A stretch of DNA of 63,677 nt, counting the filler, from Octopus bimaculoides (Eukaryota), in NCBI RefSeq assembly GCF_001194135.2. It is 7 parts of 6 records of this genome, joined end to end, with 100 filler letters (N's around TTAATTAATTAA, not from the genome) between each part and the next. Parts side by side here need not be neighbours in the genome. Positions count along the whole stretch, not along the records: positions 1 to 16,926 come from NC_069007.1; positions 17,027 to 31,742 come from NC_068981.1; 5 more parts are not named here. One strand, 5' to 3'. The position numbers were made by a program, and so were the translations under genes. The stretch's first letter is position 1. Each line of letters starts with the position of its first letter. Under the pieces are notes generated by a model. It saw only the letters and a program-made list of their open reading frames with translations, ran no database searches and was not told the origin of the DNA. Positions 12,293 to 25,449 of the stretch are shown here, in pieces.

Positions 12293-13092
12293 TATATACA
12301 TACATACACACACACACATATATATAAGTATAAATATTTATGTATATATTTATATGCGAATGTATTTATGTATGAATATATGTATACATATATATGTATA
12401 TACTTATATGTGTATGCGTGTGTGTGTATATATATGTGTGTGTGAGTGTATATATATGTGTGTGTGTGTGTGTATGTATGTATTTATCTGTGTTTGAATG
12501 AGAAAAGAATATATGTGGATAACAGAGAGAATTAATGAGAGAGGGGAAAGAAACTGTGATGGCAAACATAAAAATTTATAAATCTATCCCGAAATACAAA
12601 AAAAAAAAAGTTTGTGTGATAAAAGGAAATCCGTTACTGTTCTCTCTGAAATATATCACTTTGTATCACGTAACGGATTCTGTATACAAGACAAAGGTTG
12701 TGTTGAGATGTAGAACACTAATGCACACACACACACACGTGCACATACACACACATGCAAGCATGTAAGTAAACTAACGATTCATTTCTGTCTAGTAAAC
12801 CAAAGGAAAACTTTCTCCATGTGGCGGAATCGGTGGAGCGTAAGGGCTAAACCCCAATGCAGATCGTCACTCATTTGTGACCCCTTTTTTTCTTTTTTCT
12901 GAATTCAAATCCAGCATGGGTCTTAGGTTGCCCCTTGCTTTTTATCTTCCAGGATTTCTTGTTGTTGTTGTTGTTGTTGATGTTATTTTAGTCAATGTTG
13001 ATATTAATGTGATTGATGTCGTTGTTCTTGCTGCTACTGTTGTTGCTATTGCTAAAATATGCATGTATACATGTATATATGCATGTATATAC

Positions 13093-13157
<65 letters not shown>

Positions 13158-13165
13158 GTTGTGGT

Positions 13166-13571
13166 GTGCAAGAGAGATGATTGGGCTGGTATAGTCATGT
13201 GGCGAGAATGGATGAGGATAACTGTGTGAAAAAGTGCCACACCCTAGCGGTTGAGGGAAACTGCAGAAGAGGTAGACATTCGAGTGAGGTCATTGCCAGA
13301 GCTGCTGGACTGGCTCCTGTGCAAGTGGCACGTAAAAAACACTATTTTGAGCGTGGCCACTGCCAGTACCACCTGACTGGCCCTTGCGGCGGTGGTACGT
13401 AAAAGCACCCACTACACTCTCGGAGTGGTTGGCGTTAGGAAGGGCATCCAGCTGTAGAAACTCTGCCAGATTAGATTGGAGTCTGGTGTAGCCATCTGGT
13501 TCACCAGTCCTCAGTCAAATCGTCCAACCCATGCTAGCATGGAAAGCGGACGTTAAACGATGATGATGATG

Positions 13572-13575
<4 letters not shown>
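13166..13575 (+). mobile_element. RTE-clade LINE 3' end (ORF2 C-terminus, 3' UTR, (GAT)n)
   Basis: Translation WYSHVARMDEDNCVKKCHTLAVEGNCRRGR matches the RTE W.GHV.RM tail; conserved UTR. Confidence 0.8.
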
Positions 13576-13614
<39 letters not shown>

Positions 13615-14339
13615 CTGCACGTGATTAGACTTGTGTCGAACCCATTGACCCAATTTGCTGAGTTTTCCGATGGCACACAGGTATCAATGAATGGTAGAAT
13701 GACCACATCCAAGCTTCTCAGCTAGTTCCTCAACAGTTATAATGGGATTTTGCTTCACCAAAGTTTTCAGGTTGTCTTTGTTGAACTCTACAGATCTTCC
13801 AGGACGAGGCTCGTCTTCTAGGCTATAGTTTGTCACTTCTGATATAGCTTTGAAAAAAATTCACTGTTAAATCAAACTGCACTCTTCAAAACTTGCACTA
13901 AGAATAAGTACAAGGTAAAATTACTACCTGCTTTTATAGCAAGTTGATGCAGGTAGTTTATTCTGTCCCTCTTTGACAATTGCAAAACCACATTATTTAT
14001 GTGATGACCCATACACATATATATACAAACATTCACACGTATATATATATATATATATGTATATGAGCGATGGCTAGAGAAATATTGAGCTTTGTTTTTA
14101 ATAACCAGTTGATCTAGCAAGCGGGGCCTTAGATCAGTGAGGTGCACATTAATGCTGTCGAGAGGTAGGCCCCGAAACGGCGCACATTCTCTCCTGATGA
14201 CCCTATACACTTGCTGGCTTCCGGTATGCGGAGTTCTCGACTGGTAGCACTTGCATGTNNNNNNNNNNNNNNNNNNNNNNNNNNNNNNNNNNNNNNNNNN
14301 NNNNNNNNNNNNNNNNNNNNNNNNNNNNNNNNNNNNNNN

Positions 14340-14375
<36 letters not shown>

Positions 14376-14729
14376 ACACTATATATTTGATGTTTAGATA
14401 AACAAAGCATTTAAATTAATTTAGTGTAATTCAAGATGACTTTAACTTTATTACTTTATTGCAATTATGTAATTATGCAATTAATGATGTTCACCTTAAT
14501 GAACAACAGTTGCACGCAATAATCAAATTATTCTTCTTATTTCTCAATATATTGTTCTTACAGATCCTTTTAGCTAATTGTGGATACACATGTAAGTAAG
14601 CACCACTTCGCTTTACTGCAAAACAATAACAATCTGTTGGAGTTTAATGACCTGTTATTAACTGAACTCTAAATTAATTATGGATTTATTCCTTGATGTT
14701 TATACATCAATTCTTCTTGTGGATATATA

Positions 14730-15340
14730 TATACACTTCAGTAAAGCGTTCAACAGGGTTGACCATAATATCTTACTCTCAAAATTGGCAAATGTTGGAA
14801 TTCGGGGAAAACTTCTACATTGGATTAAGCATTTCCTGGAGAATAGAACACAAGAAGTTGTGGTCGAAGGAGTCCACTCAAGCCCAGCAAAAGTCACCAG
14901 TGGTGTCCCTCAGGGGACTGTCTTGGGCCCACTCATCTTTATAATTTACATAAATGACCTTTCCAGCGTCGTAAATCACTACAAAGTGAAAATATTTGCT
15001 GATGACACTAAGCTCCAGCAGATCATCAATGAAGAAGACCGAACCCAACTCCAGTCTGTGAGTCATGCTGTGAGTCAATGGACAGACAAAAACAAAATGA
15101 AACTGAACAAGGCAAAATTTGAGCTGATGCATTTTGGAAGAAAGTCTATACTAAAACAGCCATACTCTCTTCCTTCAGGCGAACCACTCACGGCATCCAA
15201 CAATATCAGAGATCTGGGTGTAATTGTTGACAACAGTCTCAATTAGAGTGCCCACATCAACAATAAGGTCAATATAGCTCGTAGGATGAGCTCCTGGATC
15301 TTAAGAACCTTCCGGTCCAGAGAATCCAGTATGCTCCACT
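14730..15340 (+). pseudogene. CR1/Jockey-group LINE reverse transcriptase fragment
   Basis: FSKAFNRVDH, SGVPQGTVLGP, FADDTK, RDLGVIVD motifs; in-frame stop at about 15246. Confidence 0.9.
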
Positions 15341-15344
15341 GGAT

Positions 15345-15650
15345 GGGTAACGTCAATGTGCACATTTGACAGAGTGTAAGGGATTTGAGAGAAGAACCTG
15401 GTATACATAGCATCAGATGTAGAGTGCAAGGGAGAAGGCTACACTGGTATGGCCATGTGTATGAAGGAAGACAGTTGATTCAAGAGGCGCTGAACTGTAA
15501 TTGTAGAGGGAACATGTGGAAGGGATAGACCCAAGAAGATGTGGGAAAAAGGATCTAAAGACGTTGGGACTCACAGAGAGGGTGGCAGGGGATTGAGACT
15601 CCTGGCAGTTTACAATACCTGAAAAGACACATCAAGCTAAGTAAAAGCAT
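15345..15650 (+). mobile_element. Degenerate RTE ORF2 C-terminal fragment
   Basis: Frameshifted RRLHWYGHV and GRPKK-like motifs. Confidence 0.6.
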
Positions 15651-15732
15651 GGTTGTCCTCGCATACAGGTTCGTCCCCTGCAACCTTCTCCAGCTGAGCA
15701 TCCCTAATCTCGTGGGCTCATAGGTGCTGGTT

Positions 15733-16112
15733 GTTGGCACTCCGTCGCTTACGACGTTGAAGGTTCCAGTTGATCCGATCAACAGAACAGCCTGCTCGTG
15801 AAATTAACGTGCAAGTGGCTGAGCACTCCACAGACACGTGTACCCTTAACATAGTTTTCGGGGATATTCAGCGTGACACAGTGTGACAAGGCTGACCCTT
15901 TGAATCACAGGCACAACAGAAACAGGAAGTAAGAGTGAGAGAAAGTTGTGGTGGAAGAGTACAGCAGGGTTCGTCACCATCCCCTGCCGGAACCTCGTGG
16001 AGCTTTAGGTGTTTTCGCTCAATAAACACTCACGACACCCGGTCTGGGAATCGAAACCGCGATCCTATGACCGCGAGTCCACTGCCCTAACCACTGGGCC
16101 ATTGCGCCTCCA
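15733..16112 (-). mobile_element. tRNA-derived SINE family B, near full length
   Basis: Reverse complement of 20251-20552; box A TGGCCCAGTGG and box B GTTTCGATTCC. Confidence 0.85.
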
Positions 16113-16117
16113 CTATA

Positions 16118-16290
16118 GGTGCTGGTACAATGCAAACATCACCCAGTGCTGCATAAAAGCACCCAATATACTCTGTAAAGTGGTTAACGTTTGGAAGGGC
16201 ATAGAACCTGAACAGCCCTTCAGCTGGTCAGCTCCTATCAAACCATCCAACCCATGCCAGCATGGAAAACAGAGAATAAATGATGATGAT
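16118..16290 (+). mobile_element. RTE-type 3' tail
   Basis: aaaagcaccc...ccatccaacccatgccagcatggaaaac...gatgatgat. Confidence 0.6.
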
Positions 16291-16583
16291 GTGTCAGAGG
16301 CTAGATTTGGCTGGTTTGAATAAAAAGCATGTAGAATATTTGGGTCTGGTATGGCTGGCTTAAATGCTAAAGGTTTAAGGTAGTGCTCCAGCATGGGGAA
16401 CATCCACGGGCTGAAACAAGTAAAAGATAAAAGGATGGAAGATATTTTCCATCATCCAAATTCTGCACCTGAATTCACCAACCATAGGCCTTAGAAGAAT
16501 ACTGATAAATTCCCAAGTTGAGAACCGATCAGTGGAATTGAACCCAAATCCCAAAACTATATAGTTGCAAAAACTTCGGGTGT

Positions 16584-16753
16584 GGCACAGGAGTGGCTGT
16601 GTGGTAAGTAGCTTGCTTACCAACCACACGGTTCTGGGTTCAGTCCCACTGCGTGGCACCTTGGGCAAGTGTCTTCTACTATAGCCTCAGGCCGACCAAA
16701 GCCTTGTGAGTGGATTTGGTAGACGGAAACTGAAAGAAGCCTGTCGTATATAT

Positions 16754-16793
<40 letters not shown>

Positions 16794-16926
16794 GTTTGTG
16801 TGTCTGTGTTTGTCCCCCCAACATCGCTTGACAACAGATGCTGGTGTGCTTACGTCCCCGTAACTTAGCGGTTCGGCAAAAGAGACCGATAGAATAAGTA
16901 CTAGGCTTCCAAAGAATAAGTCCTGG
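16584..16926 (+). mobile_element. SINE family A, nearly complete up to a gap
   Basis: Head, internal (TA)/(TG) tract and body. Confidence 0.9.
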
Positions 16927-17026
16927 NNNNNNNNNNNNNNNNNNNNNNNNNNNNNNNNNNNNNNNNNNNNTTAATTAATTAANNNNNNNNNNNNNNNNNN
17001 NNNNNNNNNNNNNNNNNNNNNNNNNN

Positions 17027-17098
17027 CGACAGGCTTCTTTCAGTTTCCGTCTACCAAATCCACTCACAAGGCTTTGGTCGGCCCGAAGCTATAGTAGA
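17027..17098 (-). mobile_element. SINE family A partial copy, inverted relative to 16584
   Basis: cgacaggcttctttcagtttccgtctaccaaatccactcacaagg. Confidence 0.85.
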
Positions 17099-18279
17099 TG
17101 ATCTAATATTTCTGGTGTGTGGGGGATTTTTTCTTCAAACTCATTCTACATTTTGTTGGTTTTCTATACATATAAATGCTTTCCTAAATTAAATAGCCTT
17201 TCATTTTTGAAGCTCCGACAAAACTATAAGGTGATACACCAGCACTCAACAATGAGTGCATTGCATCTAACAGCAGAAACAGTTGTAAGCTAATGAAGTT
17301 CATTAGGTAACGTCTTGTTCCCTTGTCATTTACATATTCTCTTATACATACACACACAGACGCACATATACAGACAGACAGACACACACACACACGCACA
17401 CACACACGCGCATATAGACACATAGATACATACATGCATATATGCATACATATACATACACAAGGTTGGACATTTGTTTATAAATAATTATTTCGTGAAT
17501 ACATACATGACATATTTGTGTGTGAGAATCTGTATACAGTCAAGAATGTTTAGTGTGTGTGTGTGTGCGTGTGTGTGTGTGTCTGTCTGTTTGTCTGTGT
17601 ATGTGCGTCTGTGTGTGTATGTGCGTCTGTGTGTATGTGTGTATGGTGGGCGAACTTAGTTCTGCTCTAAAAATTTCTCCCTATGATATTAAATATAAGA
17701 AAGGATATCAATTAATCTACTTCATTCAACTTCTCGTTCTTTATTTGTTGATTGTATTTCCTTCTTTCTTTAGTTTCGTTTCTTCGTTCTTGTTCTGTTT
17801 TTCTTTGTTTTCTTTTTTTTTATATGTTTGTGATCTTTCATAGGTATTGTTCTCTGCAAAATTATTTACTTCTGTGTTGTAGTGTAATTAAGTATATGCT
17901 TATATGTGTTTGTCTAGGAAGCCAGCCTGATGAACTGTTTAGTACCCAAACCAAGACCGGGTCACTGGAGCCAGTACATTCATATTCATTTAATGTAATA
18001 TATTAGAGTATCGAACTGGGTGGGATAGCCGTTACAGAGTTAGTTAAAATGCTTCGCAGTATTCATTCTGATAATCTCGACGAAGTTAAACTTATTTTTT
18101 TTCCTTTCGAAATCGAAAAAACATAAAATTGCCAATTCAGGACGGTGCATTAGCGGAACAGAAAGAATGTTGGACAGGATGCTATTCTTTTGCAAGCAAT
18201 CGGAACAGGACAAGTCCTCGACTTGTGGATATATTTCCTTCCCCTCTTCTACCAGTTTCAAAGGCCCTGTAAAGTGCCA

Positions 18280-18530
18280 TGGACATTGTCTTCCCTCTCA
18301 TATGAAATACTGGTTTCAAATTTTGGCACAAGGCCAGAAATTTCGGGGTAGGTGGTAAGTCGATTACATCGATCCCAGTGCTCAACTGGTACTTATTTTA
18401 TCGATCTCGAAAGGATGACAGGCTAAGTCGACCTTGGCGGAATTTGAATTCAAGACGTAATGACAGGCGAAATGCTGCTAAGCATTTTGCCCAAGCGTAC
18501 TAACGATTCAACCAGCTCACCGCCTTCTTC
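18280..18530 (-). mobile_element. tRNA-derived SINE family E
   Basis: gtcgattacatcgatcccagtgctcaactggtacttattttatcgat; related to 42150-42297 and 55800-56012. Confidence 0.75.
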
Positions 18531-19110
18531 CCATATAAAATATTGAAAAAAAAAGATTTTTTTTTCCACTTTTATTTGTTCAACAGGGAAATACTATAAC
18601 TGTAAATTTTCATTGAGTCTTTTGTGAGTTATACTTCGATTAAGATGTATTCTATGGAGTTCATAATTGTTTCACAACCAAAGTATAAATCCCTTAAAGA
18701 TTTATTCTTATATCGATCATTTTGCAAAACTTCAGTTGACGAATTGTAGCCTCGACTGATGCAAATCTATCGCATCCCTGCGTTTCGATCAGTTTTCTCT
18801 ATAACCTCACGTGACCTACTGCCACAGCCATCGGCCATAATGAAGATTTCTCTAGCTAACCAACCTGATAAGCATCGAAATAGAATCTTCTTACTGGAGA
18901 AATTTGTAAAGCTGGAAAGTAGAGTTTATATCCTATTATGGCTAAAATGTTTTGTAGATTTTTTTTTATTCAGTTATATTCCTTCACTAGAGATTTTTGC
19001 CGCAGCTCCAAACTAGAACTTTTCATAAGTGGGTGTAAAATTTTCGGGAGCCCATTTTTGAGCTATACTCGATTCAGATAAATTGAAAGGTATTGTTTTG
19101 AGTTCATGTA

Positions 19111-19167
<57 letters not shown>

Positions 19168-20250
19168 CTCATACGTATGCCATCATCATCGGCGTCATCA
19201 TTTATCATCAATCACACCAACAACTTCTTTATTGACATCTGGCCTATGCAGCTGTCTTATGTGTATATGTGTAACCGGAGAATGTTGAAGATCTGTAATC
19301 CTTTGATGCTCAAGCTAGTATAAATTTCCGGTTTTGAGTCAGGAGAGGATGAAATTGCGCTAAGTAGCGGCGCGTGGTTTTGGTATTTTCGTAGTTTTCA
19401 ATGCTAAAGTTTTTTTGCTAATATTTCCATGGTCTATCAGTTATAAATTACTACATATCTTTACCCACTTCATCAAAAAAAACAAAAAAAAAAAAAACTT
19501 TCAGCCCCTCTCTCTCGGCTCAGCAGCTGTACAGAGGCAACATCCTTGGAGTGTGATTACTTGCAGTCCAGTGTCGAGATTGACACTTCCCCCATAGCAC
19601 AGCAAGAATCCAGAATCCAGACGACCGAGAACAAATAATTTCTAGAAAGCCAACATTATTTTTCGTTCTCTTGTTCTAAATGTTATCAAAATTCATTCAC
19701 CCAGTTATCTGTACATTATAGCTATTTAGTAATATACGCATAAAATTATGTATCGTCATTCAGTTATACTTTACAAGTCATACAGATATTCTGTCTATGG
19801 TATTGCAATTTCTTCAGGCTCCCTTGTACCCAGGTTGAAATCTCTTAGATGGCTGGCAGCAAAGTACTTCGAAATTCACCTTTAACATTACGTTGATTTT
19901 TTAAAATTATTTTTTTCCTGACCTTACTGATACACAATTTTAAAAATTGGTCCATACCACTCACCTTCTTTAATTTATTTCAAAGAAACTTAGGGGAAAA
20001 GTTTCGGAAATAGCTTGGCAAGAATCTTAGCGTATATTGTCTTCACGTTTATTTTATGTAAGGTAGATATTATATAAACTTTTTAAAATATCGATATAAA
20101 ACAATAATTGCTACTTCTCCATGCAGGATTGCAGTATTGAAGAACTATTATGGTTCATCTATTTACATTTGTACTAGCGGAGTTGTAAAAACGCAACTGA
20201 AGTTTCAATTCTGTGTTTCAGTTCTTTTTAAAGGAATGTAGTAGAAAATC

Positions 20251-20552
20251 GTGGAGGTGCAATGGCCCAGTGGTTAGGGCAGCGGACTCGCGGTCATAGG
20301 ATCGCGGTTTCGATTCCCAGAACGGGCGTTGTGAGTGTTTATTGAGCGAAAACACCTAAAGCTCCACGAGGCTCTGGCAGGGGATGGTGGCGAACCCTGC
20401 TGTACTCACAACTTCCTCTCACTCTTACTTCCTGTTTCTGTTGTGCCTGTAATTCAAAGGGTCAGCCTTGTCACACTGTGTCACGCTGAATCTCCCCGAG
20501 AACTACGTTAAGTGTACACGTGTCTGTGGAGTGCTCAGCCACTTGCACGTTA
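20251..20552 (+). mobile_element. SINE family B
   Basis: tRNA-like head with Pol III boxes A and B; body matches 15733-16112. Confidence 0.85.
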
Positions 20553-21829
20553 NNNNNNNNNNNNNNNNNNNNNNNNNNNNNNNNNNNNNNNNNNNNNNNN
20601 NNNNNNNNNNNNNNNNNNNNNNNNNNNNNNNNNNNNNNNNNNNNNNNNNNNNNNNNNNNNNNNNNNNNNNNNNNNNNNNNNNNNNNNNNNNNNNNNNNNN
20701 NNNNNNNNNNNNNNNNNNNNNNNNNNNNNNNNNNNNNNNNNNNNNNNNNNNNNNNNNNNNNNNNNNNNNNNNNNNNNNNNNNNNNNNNNNNNNNNNNNNN
20801 NNNNNNNNNNNNNNNNNNNNNNNNNNNNNNNNNNNNNNNNNNNNNNNNNNNNNNNNNNNNNNNNNNNNNNNNNNNNNNNNNNNNNNNNNNNNNNNNNNNN
20901 NNNNNNNNNNNNNNNNNNNNNNNNNNNNNNNNNNNNNNNNNNNNNNNNNNNNNNNNNNNNNNNNNNNNNNNNNNATATATATATATATATATATATATAT
21001 AGATGTACATATATGTATGTGTGTGTATGTGTGTGTATGTGTGTGTGCGAGTGTATGTATGCATATGTACGTATATGAACCTTGACATTCTTCCATGAGA
21101 TACTGAATGTATAGTCTGCCTTGTTGACATCAATTGTTTCATTCCATTTCTTACAAAATGCGAATTTTGAGCTTGTTCAGCCAGCAGATCTCTTTTTAAT
21201 TTGGCTTCCAGACAAACTTATAGAATTTGGGTTGGACAGAAGTGTGACTCTTCTTCTAAGATATTAAGCAATACATTCTTTTGGTGCATATTTATGTTAA
21301 TTCTTTTGTGTTATGATCAGAGATTATTAGAGCTGTTATCATCACGTTATATAAATTTGTATATAATACAAAACCTCGAGAAGCAAAATAATAAAATAGC
21401 ACGAAGGTCAACAAGTATTTTGAATTCGCACTTGTTTATGCAATGTTATAGGTTGTTTTCAGGTATCACTTTCCAGGCTGATTAGGACAATTGTCATTGA
21501 CACGAGAAGATAGCATAAAGAACGAACCACGACCGAAAACCCCTTTGACAGTAATATAACGCTGGCACACGCAATGTTCTGATGTCATCTTGAGGTTAGA
21601 TAAGTAACAGTTTTCAGTTTCGTGTCAGTCTGTCACGTGACTTGCGTGGCAGCGTAGTACTGATAAATAAAAGAAATCGATGATAAAAGATGAGCTGGTC
21701 AACGTTATTAAAAGAGTTTTATATCAAATTGAAAATCTAACTTAAAATAGAAGCTACCCAAAACAAAAGAAAACGATGTTATAATGAATACATCAAATAA
21801 GATAAACGATGATGTACAAATCTCTTGCA

Positions 21830-23240
21830 GTGAACTACCGTCACTCACTTCTCATATCATTAAAGTATTTGAGAGGGTGGTGAGATCGCGAATAACTAAC
21901 TTCCTCGAAGACAACAATCTGCTGAACCCCAACCAGCATGGTTTCCGTGATGGCAGAGACTGTCTGTAGCAGCTTCTGCACCATTTTGATGATATCTTAA
22001 AAGCGTTGGGAGAGGGCTCCAATACTGATGTCGTATACCTTGATTTCAGCAAGGCATTTGACAGAGTGGACCACGATATCCTACTGAAGAAACTGTCCAA
22101 TATTGGAGTCCGTGGAAAGCCGTTGCAATGGATAATGTGTTTCCTGACGAACAGAACCCAATATGTGTTTGAGGGAATACGATCCAGCTCAGCAAAAGTC
22201 AGTAGTGGTGTCCCACAAGGTACTGTGTTGGGCCCACTCTTCTCCATTATCTACATTAACGACAAAGTAGATGTCATCAAACATTCTACATTGAAAATCT
22301 TTGCAGATGCTTCCAAACTCCAGAAAGCCATAAACTGCATGGGAGACCGAACATGCCTTCGGTCAGATCTGTTTGCTATTGTCCAATGGGCGGAAAAAAA
22401 ACAATATGCTTTTAAATGAAGATAAGTTTGATTTGATCCACTTTGGAAAAGAGGAAACTCTGAAATTACCGTATGCTCTTCCGTCGGGCGACTCCCTAGT
22501 GTCATCAAACAACACCAGAGTAATTGTTGATAACAATCTAAGCTGGAGTTCCCATGTAAACAGCAAGGTTGACTTGGCCCGCAAGATGTGTTCCTGGATT
22601 CTGAGAACTTTCCGGTTTAGAGATGCCTATACCATGATCCTTCTTTACTCTACTTTTGTCCGACCCCCACCTTGAATACTGCTACTCACTGTGGTCCCCC
22701 ATACGGAGCAACTCATTATGAAAGTAGAAGCACTCCAGAGGTCAATTACAAGACAGATAGACGGCATGAGAAGCATTGATCATTGAGGTCGACTAAAAAA
22801 ACTCAATCTCTACTCTCTCCAACGCCGCCGGGAGCGCTACATCATTTGTGTTATGTGGAAAATATTCCATCAATATTGCACAAACGATGACATCAATTTT
22901 AAAATCCATCCAAGTCTTGGCCTCCGTGCTATCCGCCCTCTACAAAAATAGAACTTGGTACACAGCAACATTACGTCACAATTACTTTACCCCAACCGGT
23001 CCAGCTCTCTTTAATACCATACCAAAATGCATCAAAACAGAAACGGATCCCATAAAATTCAAATGTTCACTGGACAAATTTCTTCAAAAAATCCCGGACC
23101 AACCTCCTACACCCGGATATATCTCCAACAATAATAACTCTTTGCTATGGTGCCCCATACATGACTAAAAGACTTCACCAGGTGGTGCTATTAAGTTAGA
23201 CATGGTCTGGGCCTATACTGGCCGAAACCTATCAAAGTTA
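21830..23240 (+). pseudogene. 5'-truncated CR1/Jockey-group LINE (RT to 3' end), frameshifted
   Basis: SLTSHIIKVFER, NPNQHGFR, DFSKAFDRVDH, SGVPQGTVLGP, IFADASK motifs; same family as 14730-15340. Confidence 0.9.
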
Positions 23241-25449
23241 TTCATTCTTAATACGTTCAGTAGATTTCAGTTAATCGCTTATGTTGTTCACCTTCTGAGA
23301 CTACCGCTTTTCCGATAAACTGTGTTGACACTGGTCCAAACGGCAAAAATTGATTGTTATCAAAGTAACAATTGACTATTATTTTTTCATACATATCAAC
23401 AGATGGAGAGTTCATTCCAATCGAATGAACGTCTTGGTACCTGAGCGTCTTGGATTCTGTTCGGTGATGCTACTCCATCGCTGGGGTGAAGCTGAATTCC
23501 ACTTGTTAGTATTTATAGAATTAGCCATCAGAATCTATGGCTGATTCAGCAAAATGGTGATGTGAAAATTATAAAATGATCATATGTACATGTATATACC
23601 CATATATATATGTACACATAAGCTCACACACATGTATGCGTTCACAATGTTCTTATTTAACTGAAATTTTTCTCTTCGTTTTACAAGACATATAAAAATG
23701 CTAGCAACCAGGGACAATCTGATCTATTTACACCAGATCCACAATACCTGGCTCCAAATTTTGTCGAGATCAACTTTGTCTAGCGTCATTCCGAAGTTGA
23801 AAAAAGAAAGTACCACTCAAATACAGTGATCGATTTATACAATTGTCCCTCTCTTAAAATTCTGCATAATTTGCAAATCAATATTTCACTATTAAAATTT
23901 ATATTGTCCTTAAGCGAGCACCATATTTGATGGTATATAAAAAGCATTATCTTTCAAAAAAAAAAAAAAATGAAATCTCAAAAATCAGTTCAATGTTGGG
24001 CCAACAATACATACCTTAATATACTAAAAACCATTTTTGTTTCCTGCTGAATATGCGCCGTATATGACTTCATATATGGTAAGTAGTTCTGCTGCAATTT
24101 CTCGATTCCGATTTTCGGTTGAAATCTACGGACGGCCATTACATATTAAGCAAAAACATTGGAAGAGATCGATACCTTTGAGCATCTAACCGTAGCAAAT
24201 GATCTGAGTTTAGATTTCAGCAGGATGTAGTTCATTACTTTATTTTCACTCTCGTTTATTTTTTTCCATTCATCTTGTCTTTCTCCCTTTGCTCTATTTG
24301 CTCCAAACTCTCCATTCTTCATTTACTGCTCTCTTCAATTTCTCAATTTTTTTTTATTTCTCGTTATTTTTTCTCTCAAATGCTTTCTGTTTTCGTTTCC
24401 TTTCTTTATTTTCTGTTTTCTTTTCTTTCTTTGTCGCGTTTTAATTCTATTCTCGTCTTCCTTTCCTCATTTCCCCCTCTTCAACTCAAATGCAGTTTCC
24501 GTTATTGTACAACAACCTACATATTGTTACACAGACAGAAAACATATCACCAAATCTCTCACCAAATTGCTATTTATTATTGTTTTCACTTCATGTTGTA
24601 GTTTTGTTTGTTTACTCAAACTTTCTCTTGTGCTAATCACAACGCCAGATAAATGTCACCTCTTCAGACAAAGAAAGCATTATCACCGGTTTAAGATTTA
24701 GACCTTTTCGTTATTACAGATGTAGCTATTGTTGATGTTGTAGTTGCTGCTCATATTTCTTTTGTTGCTATTGCTGATGCTGATGCTGATTCTTATACAG
24801 CAACTAAAATAAATGTTGAGGTGTGATAGCTGTACAGTATGCTATACTTCTATAATAAATTACTATCAAGATAAACAGACTTATGTGTAACCATAGGTTC
24901 AGTTATTTCACATTGCATTGTACCAATGGCTAAGATTCACAATGGCTGCCTTGTCTGAATTGATAATAATTTCTTCTCCCATTTTATTAGGAAGAAAACA
25001 CAGCTGCAAGAATAACTGATTTACTAAGAATCAACAAGAGAACTTCTACGGATTTGATTATTCTGTAAAAAATTGCAGCCAAAAGGAGTTAAATATGCTG
25101 GCAGGACTTATAAGAGGTAGATCTGGATTTCAGCCAATAAATCCGACCGGATTCCAGAGAACCAAGGAGGAATCTGTAGACGTCCGGTGGTGCAGTCGCT
25201 CAAAAGGGAAAGATAAATCCTTCAAGCTCTTGTATCGTGAAAGGACTCTAAACTAACTGTCAAATCCTGAAAGAAGTTTTGTTCCCCATCTTGCGAAATT
25301 TCTCTTGGGGTTACTTTATGAATATTTGTATAAGGAGACAAAAGTGGGACAAGCAACTTTATAAAGCATTAAATCATTTATAAAAGAGGTTACATTAACT
25401 AAAAACGTATCTAGTGAAGAAAAATATTGTCCTTGATAGATTATCACAG

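Noticed and set aside
14151-14200. Hammerhead-like CUGUCGA-GAGG/UAGG/CCCC-GAAACGGC
   Set aside because: U16.1 is replaced by G, stem II has a mismatch and stem I is out of register; at best a dead relic.
16971-16982. TTAATTAATTAA islands inside N runs (also near 31787, 45034, 52105, 60290, 62364)
   Set aside because: Identical 12-mer centred in gaps; an assembly linker, not biology.
20254-20325. tRNA gene
   Set aside because: A tRNA-like head with A and B boxes that continues directly into a SINE body found in several copies.
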